Shown: positions 1 to 11,070, counted from the first letter of the stretch. The stretch is DNA of 64,000 nucleotides from a virus (IMGVR_UViG_3300025872_000056:13-64012), one strand, 5' to 3'. Program-made: numbers and translations. The notes: generated from the sequence alone by a model not told the origin.

Positions 1-2
1 TT

Positions 3-2054
3 ACAGGCACTGGAAGTTCCGACAATTATGTATCTGTTGCTCCCGTTAGCATGGTGAATATTCCAGAAATAGCAAATACTTCTTATAGCATTCCTCACGT
101 ATACCAGTGGTCTGATAATATTTATTGGATTTTTGTTGCTCAAAATGCTTCGGCTGCACAAACAAGAACTGTTGGATTATTTGAATTTAATTCTCAAGCA
201 CTTACTATTACTTGGAAAGGCTTTATTACCATGAACAGTGGTATAGCTGGTAATAAAACTGTAAGAGCTTTGAGGGCCTTTGTCTATAAACATTATGATG
301 GAACTGTTGCGGTAAGTGGAACTGGTGTAACTGGGTCTGGGACTTCTTTTTCTACTGATAGAATTGCTGCAGCAAACGCTGGTGTTGGTGGAGCAAGAAT
401 AGGGTTTGGTTCTACTGCTCCTTCGGAAATTAGTAATTGGTACGAAATTTCAAGCATTGCAAGCGACACGGCTTTGACTTTAAAAACCGCAGTTCCTACT
501 GCAATCACTGGTGGTACTCCATATGTTATAGAAGAAATAAGAATTTTACTTGCTTGTACGAATGCAACTACTACTAACGCCGGGTTGCACTTAATGAAGG
601 GTTTAAATTATGGTACTTTTGATTTAGCAGGAACTTCTATTTCGGATGCTGTAAGTACAGACAATCTATGTGCAACGTATACTTTACGCGATACCACTTC
701 CCCAATAGGAATACAGACTATGACAGGGGTTGCATCTGATGATATGGCCGGGGTTACTTTGCATGATGTATATGCAATTAACATGGGTTCACCCGATGCA
801 TCTACAGCAGTAAGAGTATATAAATTTAATATCCGGGCTGCTCTTACTGTATCATCTGGAATTTCAACTAGTGCATTTGTGCACAGAACAAATACTCAAA
901 CTGTAACAGGAACAATAACGCAATCCAATAATGGAAGAATATTTACTGTAAATCATGGAACTGCATCTGGAGTTAATAGTGTTTGGTTTGTAACTACTAC
1001 AAGAATGTATAGAATACCAGTAACAAATATAACAAATGCTGCAACCAATTTTATTTCAGATTTTATGTTGGAAATTGCCCCGGGAGGGAACAACATAACA
1101 TATGCACTGACAAATGCTATGGCTCAATTAGATTATAGTTCCGTACTGGATAGAATTTATGTACCAACATCTAACAATAGATTTGGAATTTATATTGGTG
1201 ATTATGATACAACCAATACAGTTCCTTTTGAAAAACTATTTGGAGCACATCTAAATCGTTATAAAGTTGCGTCTACAAACGTAGGTGCAATGAATGGATT
1301 GTTTCCGTCAACAACTACAACTATTTGGTCTGAAAGCGGATGGTTATTTGTTATTCCGAATACGACAACAAGCGGATTGAATTGGTTGGCAGCAATTCCC
1401 GCTGCTGCTGATGGATTTTATGCATCTACAACAAATCAAAGAATAATTTCTCCAAAACTTGCAACAACAAATGCTACTAAGTTGTACAGAGCATATCTTG
1501 AAACAGATGAATACAGCGGCTCTTATCCTCTAGGATTCCCCACAGAATCATATAAAGTTTATTACAGAACTAGTGGAATTGATGACAACAGTGGTTCTTG
1601 GACAGAATTGCCTTTGAGTGGAAATATTACTGGCGTTTCACCGGGTACACATATTCAATTTATGTTCGAAATGGACATTTTGGGAGAATCGTGTGTTCCT
1701 GCAAAAATTTATTCAATTGCTTGTGTTTATGAAGACGGTTCGCAAGATTCGCATTATCAACCATCTCTTACTAAATCATCTGCATCCAGCAGAATATTTG
1801 CATGGAAACAAGTAGAATCTTGGGGCGGAACAATACCCAATCTTCAAATAAGATTGTACAATGCTGATACTGGATTCTTGGTATTGGATGATAATGTAAC
1901 TTCTTCTTCATCTGGAACGTTCCAATATTCTACGGATGGAAGTACTTGGAATTCATGGAGTTCTAGCGCAGATACCGTTGGCAATTACATTAGATATACG
2001 GCAACAAGTCTTCCAAGCAGTATAACAATACGAGCACTCTTAACTCAGGCTTAA
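3..2054 (+). CDS. virion structural/tail-fibre-like protein, 5' truncated by window edge
   Basis: Frame open from nt 3; Thr/Ser/Gly-rich beta-type sequence with GTVAVSGTGVTGSGTSF motif typical of phage tail proteins. Confidence 0.65.
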   Translation, partial: TGTGSSDNYVSVAPVSMVNIPEIANTSYSIPHVYQWSDNIYWIFVAQNASAAQTRTVGLFEFNSQALTITWKGFITMNSGIAGNKTVRALRAFVYKHYDGTVAVSGTGVTGSGTSFSTDRIAAANAGVGGARIGFGSTAPSEISNWYEISSIASDTALTLKTAVPTAITGGTPYVIEEIRILLACTNATTTNAGLHLMKGLNYGTFDLAGTSISDAVSTDNLCATYTLRDTTSPIGIQTMTGVASDDMAGVTLHDVYAINMGSPDASTAVRVYKFNIRAALTVSSGISTSAFVHRTNTQTVTGTITQSNNGRIFTVNHGTASGVNSVWFVTTTRMYRIPVTNITNAATNFISDFMLEIAPGGNNITYALTNAMAQLDYSSVLDRIYVPTSNNRFGIYIGDYDTTNTVPFEKLFGAHLNRYKVASTNVGAMNGLFPSTTTTIWSESGWLFVIPNTTTSGLNWLAAIPAAADGFYASTTNQRIISPKLATTNATKLYRAYLETDEYSGSYPLGFPTESYKVYYRTSGIDDNSGSWTELPLSGNITGVSPGTHIQFMFEMDILGESCVPAKIYSIACVYEDGSQDSHYQPSLTKSSASSRIFAWKQVESWGGTIPNLQIRLYNADTGFLVLDDNVTSSSSGTFQYSTDGSTWNSWSSSADTVGNYIRYTATSLPSSITIRALLTQA

Positions 2055-2057
2055 TAG

Positions 2058-2201
2058 ATGCCAGATGATATTATTTTTTATTCAAACTATTTTTTTCTTG
2101 AGCTAGGAGATTTTGGCTCGGGAGATATTCTTGGAATAGAAGCACAGACTGAGTGGTTTGTTTTAAGAATTAATAATCCAGAAAGTGTGACAATTTTTTA
2201 A
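2058..2201 (+). CDS. small hypothetical protein (47 aa, [10 protein letters not shown]...)
   Basis: Fills the gap exactly; stop overlaps next start (TAATG). Confidence 0.5.
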   Translation: MPDDIIFYSNYFFLELGDFGSGDILGIEAQTEWFVLRINNPESVTIF

Positions 2202-2767
2202 TGGCTGAAATTGATTTCCCAGATTCACCAAATCCAAATGATACATATAGCTTCAATGGAAAAACTTGGAGATGGAATGGTTCTAATTGGTCATTAATTG
2301 CAACATTAACAGGGCCTACAGGAGCGCAAGGTCCAATGGGCCTTATGGGGCCAACTGGACCAACAGGGCCACAGGGAAATACCGGACCAACAGGACCTCA
2401 AGGAAACACTGGTAATGTTGGGCCCATGGGTCCAACTGGAAGCCCTTCTGATCCATTGACTACGGTTACACAAACTGGAGATTTTACCTTTGGGCTTACT
2501 GATTCGGGCAAATTGATTGAAATAAACAGTGGAACAGGAGTTACTGCATATGTTCCAGCAAATTCAAGTGTGGCGTTTCCCAATGGAACACAGATTCTTT
2601 TGCTCCAGACGGGAACGGGAAAAACCACTGTAAGATCTGGGTCTCCGGGAACAGTTGTTATCGATTCTAAAGGTGGATGGCTGTCTTTGAACGGTCAATG
2701 GTCTTCAGCAACTTTAATAAAACGATCAACAGATAATTGGGTTATGATTGGGGATACTATTGCATGA
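2201..2767 (+). CDS. collagen-like (Gly-X-Y) tail fibre/adaptor protein
   Basis: [20 protein letters not shown]-motif, GPT/GPQ/GNT triplets, C-terminal [16 protein letters not shown] domain. Confidence 0.8.
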   Translation: MAEIDFPDSPNPNDTYSFNGKTWRWNGSNWSLIATLTGPTGAQGPMGLMGPTGPTGPQGNTGPTGPQGNTGNVGPMGPTGSPSDPLTTVTQTGDFTFGLTDSGKLIEINSGTGVTAYVPANSSVAFPNGTQILLLQTGTGKTTVRSGSPGTVVIDSKGGWLSLNGQWSSATLIKRSTDNWVMIGDTIA

Positions 2768-3528
2768 GTCTTGCAAGAACCGCAATAATTGACTCTACTC
2801 TTGGAGTTATAAGTTCTAATTTGGTTATGCAAATAGATCCCGGAAACACCTATTCATATTCTGGGAGTGGTGTAACATGCTTTAATATAGCAGCAAATCC
2901 AAGTGATGATAACCAACTTTTTAATGGCGTAGGATTTACTGGAGTTGATGGGTGGACATCCTTTATATTTGATGGAACTAATGATCATTTAGATGTGTTT
3001 ATTCCAAATCTTGCAAATGTATGCACAGTTGAACTTTGGGCAAGAATAACTTCTTTTTCTACAAGAATGTTGTTTTCATGGGATTATTATAGTGTTTATT
3101 TGTCAGGAGCAATGGGATTTAATACTGGTAATTCTGATTTATATGGAATAAGTAGTGCTACTGTGTCGAGTTTGGGATTGTTGAATAACTGGAAGCAATA
3201 CGTTTTTATCATGTATGCAGATTTCATTTCTCCTACTTATATGAATAATTCAATATATGTAAACGGTCAATACCAAACATTTAATACGGGTCCAGGAGGA
3301 TTTGGTATGGCATCTCAAAACATTAATTTTAGCACAGAAAGAGGAACTGCCAATTCAAAAGGTTGGGGAAGTGCTAATATAGGTTGTTGGAAAAATTCTT
3401 CAAATACCTCCGGAGCCTTATTTACACCAATGCGACTTGGATTATTTCGTTTTTACAATAGAGCGTTAACTTCGGAAGAAATATTACAAAATTTTAATTC
3501 CACAAAATCCCGCTTTAACATTGCATAA
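2764..3528 (+). CDS. LamG/concanavalin A-like domain protein
   Basis: [35 protein letters not shown] motifs; ATGA overlap start at 2764. Confidence 0.8.
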   Translation: MSLARTAIIDSTLGVISSNLVMQIDPGNTYSYSGSGVTCFNIAANPSDDNQLFNGVGFTGVDGWTSFIFDGTNDHLDVFIPNLANVCTVELWARITSFSTRMLFSWDYYSVYLSGAMGFNTGNSDLYGISSATVSSLGLLNNWKQYVFIMYADFISPTYMNNSIYVNGQYQTFNTGPGGFGMASQNINFSTERGTANSKGWGSANIGCWKNSSNTSGALFTPMRLGLFRFYNRALTSEEILQNFNSTKSRFNIA

Positions 3529-3539
3529 ATATTTTTAAC

Positions 3540-4121
3540 ATGGCTATTGATTTCCCACCAACCCCATCAACCGATCAAATCTATATTTACGAAGGAAAAA
3601 CTTGGAGATATAGTGGTACATTTTGGTATTTAATTGGGAATGCTATTGAGGGGCCGCAAGGGGCAACCGGAGCAACAGGACCTCAAGGAAATACGGGATC
3701 AATTGGAAATACCGGAGCACATGGAAACACGGGGGCGACAGGACCACAAGGAAATACTGGAAATATGGGACCCACGGGCCCCGCTGGTGCAACTGGAAGT
3801 CCCTCTTCCCCTCTTACAATTAGTACTAAAACAGGTAATTTTACTTTTGGATTGGGCGATGAAGGAACAGTTGTAGAAATTAACAGTGTTTCAGGAATAA
3901 CAGCAAGTATTCCACAAGATAGTGATGTTAATTTTAGTGTAGGAACCCAGATATTAGTTGTTTCCACTGGTGCAGGGGCAGTTACTCTAGCTTCATCTCC
4001 AGTTGGGGCAGTCACTTTAAATTCTAAAGGTGGATTGTTAAATTTAAATGGTCAATGGGCAACAGCTACGTTAATTAAACGTAGCTCAAATAACTGGCTC
4101 ATAGCGGGTGACATGATATGA
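3540..4121 (+). CDS. collagen-like tail fibre/adaptor protein, paralog of 2201-2767
   Basis: Same three-part architecture; shared SKGG..LNGQW..ATLIKRS..NW...GD. Confidence 0.8.
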   Translation: MAIDFPPTPSTDQIYIYEGKTWRYSGTFWYLIGNAIEGPQGATGATGPQGNTGSIGNTGAHGNTGATGPQGNTGNMGPTGPAGATGSPSSPLTISTKTGNFTFGLGDEGTVVEINSVSGITASIPQDSDVNFSVGTQILVVSTGAGAVTLASSPVGAVTLNSKGGLLNLNGQWATATLIKRSSNNWLIAGDMI

Positions 4122-5002
4122 TAATGGGTGGAGTTGGAATTCGTGACTCTAAAAAATACATAGTCACCGCTGGTCTTACTTTACATTTGGATAACTCATC
4201 TACTTCTTATTCTGGATTAACTGGTATAACCTGGTCTGATATAAGCGGAAACGGTAGAAGATTTTATTCTAGACATTCAAATAATGCGGCAGGAAAACTT
4301 CCAATTTATACACGAAGCCCAACTGGTCATTATGGTTTTGAATTTAATGGATTTTCTGCCGAGTATGGTGGAATGCCAGAACAATTCAGACTAGGAACTT
4401 ATTATTTCCAAGAGGTAACAACTGCTATTAATTTTGACACAAGTTGGACGATTGAAATATTATGTTATCCGAATGGCGCAGGAAGATTAGAAAGTGGTTG
4501 CGGTGCTAAAGTTAGCACATTATGGCAAAAAATGGGCAGTGGTGCAAATAACACGACTCAATATGTTTATGGTGGTCATAGAGTAAATTTTCAACCAATA
4601 AATGGAGAAAATTTATCTCAATCCATTGAGTCAACCCTAATAAATTGTGGACCAATAATAGAAGGAATTTGTTCTAATACAGTAAGTTATAGAGCATCCG
4701 TCGCTACTTCCTATTTTACTGTTAATGTTCCTTTTTATATTTCTTTTTGTTTCAATAAACAAAGTTCTACAGTATTTAATTTTTTGTATTATATAAATGG
4801 AAATTTATTTCATACTAGCGCCAACCAAACGTATTCAAACGCACCACAGGGAGATTTTTTAATTGGAGGAAGAGATAATAACTGTGGTCCAACGGAAACG
4901 TGGAGAGGTTGGATTTATGACGTTAGGATGTATGATCGCGTATTGACTGCCGCTGAAATAAAACAAAACTTTGAAGCGATCAGAGGAAAAGGCGGAGTCT
5001 GA
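4118..5002 (+). CDS. LamG/concanavalin A-like domain protein
   Basis: [15 protein letters not shown] and [17 protein letters not shown] motifs. Confidence 0.8.
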   Translation: MIMGGVGIRDSKKYIVTAGLTLHLDNSSTSYSGLTGITWSDISGNGRRFYSRHSNNAAGKLPIYTRSPTGHYGFEFNGFSAEYGGMPEQFRLGTYYFQEVTTAINFDTSWTIEILCYPNGAGRLESGCGAKVSTLWQKMGSGANNTTQYVYGGHRVNFQPINGENLSQSIESTLINCGPIIEGICSNTVSYRASVATSYFTVNVPFYISFCFNKQSSTVFNFLYYINGNLFHTSANQTYSNAPQGDFLIGGRDNNCGPTETWRGWIYDVRMYDRVLTAAEIKQNFEAIRGKGGV

Positions 5003-5014
5003 CAGTTTTTTCAT

Positions 5015-5042
5015 TTGACTTATTTTTTATTTATGGTATGAT
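5015..5042 (+). promoter_or_regulatory. sigma70-like promoter for dUTPase
   Basis: TTGACT-N16-TATGAT, ATG 6 nt downstream. Confidence 0.55.
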
Positions 5043-5048
5043 TTGCAT

Positions 5049-5564
5049 ATGATTTTAAAAATATATAAAATTGAACCAACCGTAAAACTTCCAAATTACG
5101 AAACAAAAAATGCTGCATGTTTTGATCTCGCAGCATTTGTAAACAAAGACCCAATTGTTGCTTATTCTGGAAAAGAAAAGATAGAAATTCAAACAGAATT
5201 TGACAGTGAAAATCAAAAACATTATGTAAATATTGCCCCTCAAGAAAGGGCAATGATTCGTACCGGACTTATTTTTGATATTCCGCCAAATTATTCAATT
5301 CGTATTCATCCACGATCAGGGATGGCCCTTAAGTATGGATTGGTTCTCGCAAATTGTGAAGGTGTAATTGATGAAGATTATATTCATGAAACAAAACTAA
5401 TAATGCTAAACACTACTAGCGAAATGATAAAAATCTATCACGGTGATAGAATCGCCCAAGGTGAAATAGTCAAGTATGAACAGGCCGAAATAGAAGAAAC
5501 AATCTATGAACCAACCCAAAAATCAAACAGAGTCGGTGGGTTTGGGAGTACTGGTAGATTCTGA
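5049..5564 (+). CDS. dut: trimeric dUTPase
   Basis: AACFDL, PRSG, GVIDEDY, GDRIAQ, RVGGFGSTG motifs. Confidence 0.95.
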   Translation: MILKIYKIEPTVKLPNYETKNAACFDLAAFVNKDPIVAYSGKEKIEIQTEFDSENQKHYVNIAPQERAMIRTGLIFDIPPNYSIRIHPRSGMALKYGLVLANCEGVIDEDYIHETKLIMLNTTSEMIKIYHGDRIAQGEIVKYEQAEIEETIYEPTQKSNRVGGFGSTGRF

Positions 5565-5789
5565 TTTCTTTTTGGGCCACTTTATTGATTTAAATTCTTT
5601 CCAAACCAACCATAAAGTTAAAACACAGATAATAACATACCAAAAGCTCCATTCAGAGGCTTGGCTTGGTGCTCCGAAGAATGGCTCTTTTAATACGCTA
5701 TGAATTGGATTTCCTTGTTTGTCAAGAGGAGATACAATCTGTGGACTTGTGCAAGCAGATAGAAATAGCAGTGGTAAAAGATATTTCAT
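5523..5789 (-). CDS. lipoprotein with C-terminal TM helix, candidate unimolecular spanin
   Basis: MKYLLPLLFLSA-C lipobox; FWYVIICVLTLWLVW TM segment then basic tail. Confidence 0.5.
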   Translation of the reverse strand: MKYLLPLLFLSACTSPQIVSPLDKQGNPIHSVLKEPFFGAPSQASEWSFWYVIICVLTLWLVWKEFKSIKWPKKKSESTSTPKPTDSV

Positions 5790-6220
5790 GACTTGTTTCC
5801 TCCTGCTGCTGTACCAAAGTAGAAGCCTACTACGGCCAATAGAACCTGTCTGTTTTCCTCTGCAAAAAGATATCCCGGGATTTCAACAAAGTATTTACGG
5901 GTTGTTTCAGGGATCAATCCAAAGAAACTTGGAGGTTGATTTTGTGTAAATTCAGCAAAGGTTGAAATTCCAAAGAATGGAAGAACAAAGGGAGCTGCAA
6001 CTACAGCAAATAGGCAGGCAAGAACGATCAATTGACGAACTCCCTTGCCCACGTCCAAGGGAACACGCTTGACTGCGGCATCTTGATTTTCTGTTGTTTG
6101 TTTGTTGGCTTCCATGGCCATCTCAAACATTTCTTTGCGGTCTTGAGCCTGTTGAGCCCAATAGCGGAACAAAAATCCTGTTATTCCGCCTCCTAATAGT
6201 GATATCAATTCTGTTGGCAT
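5786..6220 (-). CDS. membrane protein, 3-TM holin-like
   Basis: Three hydrophobic segments; C-terminal AVVGFYFG resembles GTA-type 3TM holins. Confidence 0.55.
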   Translation of the reverse strand: MPTELISLLGGGITGFLFRYWAQQAQDRKEMFEMAMEANKQTTENQDAAVKRVPLDVGKGVRQLIVLACLFAVVAAPFVLPFFGISTFAEFTQNQPPSFFGLIPETTRKYFVEIPGYLFAEENRQVLLAVVGFYFGTAAGGNKS

Positions 6221-6227
6221 ATTTACC

Positions 6228-6836
6228 TCAATTCTTTTGGTGTGAAAGTTGTATCTCTATTGAATCTTTTATAGATTCAAAGTGTTTCATCATTGAATCT
6301 TGTTCTTCTGTTTTTGGCATGAAATCATGATGCCATTGAACCAAAACAAAACCAACATTTACACCTTTGTTTCTTAAAGGCAAGCATGCATATTGTGAAA
6401 TATTTTCATCTTCAAAAAAAGATTTGACAAAACTGTCTGGAAGAGCAAAAGTTTGATGTACAAGACTTTTATTATCCACTACATGATGAAGGAGTGGTAT
6501 AAACATGGAACAAAGATTTGCCTTTAATTTATTTACTTGAGATGTATACCCTCGGTGGGTTGATTCGTGTGTCACGGAAAATTTACGCATGGAGATGCCA
6601 TCCATCGTATACTCTCCATTGTGAAATTGAATTATTGTGGCTCGTATGGATTTGGTCGTTATTCTCAATTCTGTAAGCAACTCATGGATTTCATTATGAA
6701 TGGTCAAAAAATTATCAACTTTGGGTCTCCCCTGCCAAAATTTTATAAATCCCCATATTACGCCTGCTCCGGCTGCAATAATTATTGAAATTGTTTCTAA
6801 AAATTTTGTATAGTCTATGAGGGCTATTAAATGCAT
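6228..6836 (-). CDS. single-TM protein with GAF-like domain (T4 holin T-like architecture)
   Basis: N-terminal TM (IIIAAGAGVIWGFI), QFHNG motif, ACLPL...VGFVLVQW GAF-like C-terminus; ATG at 6836 downstream of late promoter. Confidence 0.5.
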   Translation of the reverse strand: MHLIALIDYTKFLETISIIIAAGAGVIWGFIKFWQGRPKVDNFLTIHNEIHELLTELRITTKSIRATIIQFHNGEYTMDGISMRKFSVTHESTHRGYTSQVNKLKANLCSMFIPLLHHVVDNKSLVHQTFALPDSFVKSFFEDENISQYACLPLRNKGVNVGFVLVQWHHDFMPKTEEQDSMMKHFESIKDSIEIQLSHQKN

Positions 6837-6857
6837 GAAAAACTCCGGGCGACTCAA

Positions 6858-6865
6858 TATTTATA
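6858..6865 (-). promoter_or_regulatory. T4-type late promoter TATAAATA
   Basis: Exact TATAAATA on minus strand upstream of the three membrane genes. Confidence 0.7.
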
Positions 6866-6867
6866 AC

Positions 6868-6896
6868 TTGACATTCTACCAAAAACATAATAAAAT
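6868..6896 (+). promoter_or_regulatory. sigma70-like promoter for replication operon
   Basis: TTGACA-N17-TAAAAT. Confidence 0.65.
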
Positions 6897-6904
6897 ATGG
6901 CTCT

Positions 6905-7222
6905 ATGACAAGAGAAGACCTATTCAACCTACATCAATCAATTTCTCAGGAAGCCCTTGAATTAATGCGTAAAAAGAACAATGATTACGCATGCGGAGAG
7001 GACCCATTTTTAAATTTTAGACGAGCCGAATATTTGGGCTTTAGCACGGCGGAATTGGGAGTTCTTATTCGAATGACAGACAAAATGTCAAGAATTTCCA
7101 CATTTTTGAATCGTGGCGAGCTTTCAATTGAAAACGAAAGCGTTTATGACGCTATCGTGGATATGATCAATTATTCAGTTATTCTTGCAGGGCTATTGAA
7201 AGATCGCAAGAAAGTGATATAA
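6905..7222 (+). CDS. nucleotide-modification-associated domain protein (DUF1599/Nmad1-like)
   Basis: KKNNDY...NF...GVLIRMTDKMSRI...ESVYDAIVDMINYS. Confidence 0.7.
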   Translation: MTREDLFNLHQSISQEALELMRKKNNDYACGEDPFLNFRRAEYLGFSTAELGVLIRMTDKMSRISTFLNRGELSIENESVYDAIVDMINYSVILAGLLKDRKKVI

Positions 7223-7230
7223 TATACTAC

Positions 7231-9729
7231 ATGCAATTCTATACAAGCATTGTTGCCCGTGGTAACAATATTCTTTACCGAGGCTACAACAATGGCCTAA
7301 GAGAGACGCGAAAGGAAGCTTTCGCGCCTTCTTTTTTTGTGGCAGAACCAAGCGGAGATCATGAATCTCTTACCGGAATAAAACTCAAAAAAATTGATTT
7401 TCCGGATATCGGTGAGGCAAGAAGCTTTGTGGATGAATACCGAGACATGGATAATTTCAAGATATATGGAACTGCAGACTATACTGCACAATACATGTAT
7501 GAAACTTATCCAAATGCAATCTCCTATGACTTCAGTCGATTAAAGGTAATGTATATTGACATTGAGACTGAATGTGAACATGGATTTCCAAATATTGCCA
7601 CAGCAAATGAAAAAATTATTCTCATCACCATAAAGGTGGGCGAGGAGATCCATAGCTTTACTGTGACTCCTTGTTCTTCTGAAACCGTATTTGTTCATAA
7701 ATATGATTCAGAAGAAGCAATGCTTGCTGGATTTTTTGACATGGTTAAAAAGTTTGATCCGGACATCTTCACCGGATGGAACATAAAAAACTTTGACTTG
7801 CCTTATATTGTCAATCGGGCCGAGAGAATCTGTTCCGAGTCCTTTGCAAACAAGTTAAGTCCTTGGGGGTTCTTGAGAAAGAGAGAACATGCTGCAAATG
7901 GAAGAGTCTATTACAGCGTGGACATCCCGGGTTACATGACCTTGGATTACATCGAACTTTATAAGAAGTTTTCCGGTACAAATCAGGAAAGCTATGCTCT
8001 GGCTTATATCTCAGAAGTTGAGCTTGGCGAGACAAAGGTGGACTATTCGGATTATGGTTCTTTGAGGGAATTCTATAAGAAGAATTATCAGAAGTTTTTT
8101 GAGTATAACGTTCAAGACACTTTGCTGGTAGAGAAGCTTGAAAAGAAGTTGAGACTCATTGAATTGGCAGTTTCAATTTCCTATGAAGCTAAAATTAACT
8201 TCGATGGGGTTTTCTTTTCAACAAGAATTTGGGAAAGCATTTGTTATGATTACTTAAAAGATTACAAGATAGTGCCAGCCTTGAAGCAGTTCTATGAAAA
8301 GGACGAACAATTCATAGGCGCATATGTGAAGGAAGTTGTTCCTGGATTTTACCATAATATTGTGAGCTTTGATGCTACCAGCCTGTATCCAAGCATCATA
8401 ATGCAGTTCAATATCAGTCCGGATTCACTTGTTTTGCATAATGGAAAATGGTCTGCAGATGATTACCTGAATCAACCGGAAGATTTAAGGCAGTTCATTC
8501 AGGAGAATGCCTCAAAGGGCCATTGCGTAGCTGCAAGTGGTGGAGTCTTCAGAATGGATAAAAAGGGATTCATTCCAATTTTGATTGAAAGAACATTTAA
8601 TCAACGACAGGAAGCAAAGAAAACAATGATTGCCCTTGAAAAGGAAAGAGAAAAAAATGGAGATTCCGATGGCTCCTTGGCACAAAGAATTGCGGCTCTT
8701 TCCATCAAACAGTCGGTAAAAAAGATTTTGGCAAATAGCCTTTATGGATGTCTTGGAACGCCCGGATTTGTTTATTCTTCTCCGGAATTGGCAATCGCCG
8801 TCACTACTACTGGACAGTTAGCTATCAGAACAGCAGAGACAAAAATCAATCAATACTTTGAGAAGATAACCAAAAAGAAGAATATTGATGTGGTCATTGC
8901 TGCCGACACCGATTCTTTGTATATTAATATGGCCCCAATAGTTGACCAAATTGGTGTTGAACCAGGAGACTTGATTAATTTTCTTGATAACTCTGCCAAA
9001 AAAGCAATCCAACCCGTTCTTTCAAAAGCAATGAAAGAACTTGGGGAATCTCTTGGCTGCAAAGAGCAAAGGCTAGATTTCAAGAGAGAGGTAATTGCCA
9101 CTACCGGAATCTTTAAAGCAAAGAAGAGATATGCATTGTGTGTTTACGATAAAGAAGGTGTTAGGTTTACTGAACCGAAGGTAAAAATTATGGGCATGGA
9201 AACGGCAAGGTCCAGCACACCACATCTGGTGAGAGAAAGTCTGAAAGTAGCCCTTAAAATCATGCTTACCAAGGACAATAATTCTTTACTTGAATTCGTT
9301 TCAGACTTCAAGGATGAATTTTTTTCACAATCAATTGAGAAGATATCTTCTCCAAGAAAAATTGCAGGCATGAATACCTATAATGATGCGGAAAAAATAT
9401 ATAAAAAATCAACTCCTATTGCAACCAAATCGGCTTTGCTGTATAATTACCAGATAAAGAAGATGCAGCTTGAAGAAAAATATGCACGATTGGGTGAAGG
9501 CGATAAGATCAAATTTATTCATCTCAAGGTCCCCAATCCATATGGCATCGATGGAAGGGAAAAGGTAATTGGGTTCAGCAATGTTCCGCCAAAAGAGTTT
9601 GGATTGGAAAAATACGCAGACCTTGAGATGCAATTTGAGAAGACTTTTCTTGAACCATTGCGAAACGTAACCGACGCAATTGGCTGGACTGTAAACACTC
9701 ATACAACATTGGAGTCATATTTTGAATAA
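7231..9729 (+). CDS. 43: family B DNA polymerase (T4 gp43-like)
   Basis: Exo I DIET, SFDATSLYPS, KILANSLYG, ADTDS, KKRY motifs. Confidence 0.97.
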   Translation: MQFYTSIVARGNNILYRGYNNGLRETRKEAFAPSFFVAEPSGDHESLTGIKLKKIDFPDIGEARSFVDEYRDMDNFKIYGTADYTAQYMYETYPNAISYDFSRLKVMYIDIETECEHGFPNIATANEKIILITIKVGEEIHSFTVTPCSSETVFVHKYDSEEAMLAGFFDMVKKFDPDIFTGWNIKNFDLPYIVNRAERICSESFANKLSPWGFLRKREHAANGRVYYSVDIPGYMTLDYIELYKKFSGTNQESYALAYISEVELGETKVDYSDYGSLREFYKKNYQKFFEYNVQDTLLVEKLEKKLRLIELAVSISYEAKINFDGVFFSTRIWESICYDYLKDYKIVPALKQFYEKDEQFIGAYVKEVVPGFYHNIVSFDATSLYPSIIMQFNISPDSLVLHNGKWSADDYLNQPEDLRQFIQENASKGHCVAASGGVFRMDKKGFIPILIERTFNQRQEAKKTMIALEKEREKNGDSDGSLAQRIAALSIKQSVKKILANSLYGCLGTPGFVYSSPELAIAVTTTGQLAIRTAETKINQYFEKITKKKNIDVVIAADTDSLYINMAPIVDQIGVEPGDLINFLDNSAKKAIQPVLSKAMKELGESLGCKEQRLDFKREVIATTGIFKAKKRYALCVYDKEGVRFTEPKVKIMGMETARSSTPHLVRESLKVALKIMLTKDNNSLLEFVSDFKDEFFSQSIEKISSPRKIAGMNTYNDAEKIYKKSTPIATKSALLYNYQIKKMQLEEKYARLGEGDKIKFIHLKVPNPYGIDGREKVIGFSNVPPKEFGLEKYADLEMQFEKTFLEPLRNVTDAIGWTVNTHTTLESYFE

Positions 9730-10027
9730 CATTTATAAGCAATATACAGCGGACAATTCTGAAAAAAAGATTAAAATTTTAAAAGATAAAAATATTTTTA
9801 AAATGAATACAAAACTCTATCAAAAACTTAAGAAAAAAGAACTTCATGACGAATGTTTTATTTCAGACTTTCCGACCCCATCTAATGTTCCTTCTTCTTA
9901 TGATCTGATGAAAAAGTATCAGAAAGAAGCTGAAGAACTTCAAGTAAAACTTCAAGAGGCTCTTGAAGAGATTGAAATGCTAAAAGAAGAAATAAAAGAT
10001 TTGAATAATATGTTAGATCAAGGATAA
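9722..10027 (+). CDS. hypothetical coiled-coil protein
   Basis: ORF in operon; heptad-rich C-terminus; start uncertain. Confidence 0.5.
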   Translation: MNNIYKQYTADNSEKKIKILKDKNIFKMNTKLYQKLKKKELHDECFISDFPTPSNVPSSYDLMKKYQKEAEELQVKLQEALEEIEMLKEEIKDLNNMLDQG

Positions 10028-10041
10028 ATAAAAGGTAAAAT

Positions 10042-11070
10042 ATGTCGAAATATCTAGAAAATTTATTGAGTAAAATTGATAACCAAGATGCAGCAATTGC
10101 GTCAGATGGAATCAAGGGATCAGATGTCACAAATTTTATTGACACAGGATCTTATGTTCTGAATGCACTTCTTTCAGGGTCTATCTATGGTGGTCTTCCC
10201 GGAAACAAGATTTCTTGTCTAGCAGGCGATCCGGCAACAGGGAAAACCTTCTATGCAATTGGAATCTCGCGGCAATTCCTTGAGGACAACAAAGATGGTG
10301 TTGTGGTCTACTTCGACACCGAACAAGCAGTAACCAGATCAATGTTTGAGGAAAGAGGTCTTGATACAAAACGAATTGCAGTAGTTCCTGTTTCTACTAT
10401 TGAAGAGTTCAAGACACAGGCTCTAAAAATTGTAAACGATGTAATTGAAACACCAGAGGAAGATCGAAAACCAATTTTTATGGTTCTTGATTCTTTGGGA
10501 ATGTTGTCCACTGAAAAGGAAATGACAGACTCTGCAGAAGGCAAGAATGTAAGGGACATGACCAAAGCACAGCAAAACAAAGCTGCCTTCCGGGTTCTCA
10601 CGATGAAGCTTGGGAAGGCACAGATTCCAATGCTCCTCACCAATCACACTTATCAGGTTATTGGTTCCTATGTTCCAACCAAGGATCTTGGTGGTGGCGT
10701 TGGTCTTAAGTATGCAGCAAGCACTATCATCATGCTTTCTAAGAGCAAAGATAAGACAGAAGAAGGAGTAGTCGGTAATTTCATAAAATGCACAAATTAC
10801 AAGAATAGATTCACAAAGGAAAATATGCATGTTGAGACAAGATTGAATTATAGTTCAGGTCTCAGCAGATATTATGGGTTAACTGATTTAGCAATTAAAT
10901 ATAATGTATTCAAGAAGGTTTCAACCCGTATTGAGTTACCAGATGGAAGCAAAGTATTTGAAAAAAATATAGATGAAGATCCGGAAAAATATTTTACCAA
11001 AGATATCTTAAATAAAATAGATGCAGAAGTACAAAAGGATTTTAAGTATGGAACACCCTCCCAAGATTAA
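10042..11070 (+). CDS. uvsX: UvsX RecA-like recombinase
   Basis: GDPATGKT Walker A, VLDSLGML, GGGVGLKYAAS. Confidence 0.95.
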   Translation: MSKYLENLLSKIDNQDAAIASDGIKGSDVTNFIDTGSYVLNALLSGSIYGGLPGNKISCLAGDPATGKTFYAIGISRQFLEDNKDGVVVYFDTEQAVTRSMFEERGLDTKRIAVVPVSTIEEFKTQALKIVNDVIETPEEDRKPIFMVLDSLGMLSTEKEMTDSAEGKNVRDMTKAQQNKAAFRVLTMKLGKAQIPMLLTNHTYQVIGSYVPTKDLGGGVGLKYAASTIIMLSKSKDKTEEGVVGNFIKCTNYKNRFTKENMHVETRLNYSSGLSRYYGLTDLAIKYNVFKKVSTRIELPDGSKVFEKNIDEDPEKYFTKDILNKIDAEVQKDFKYGTPSQD

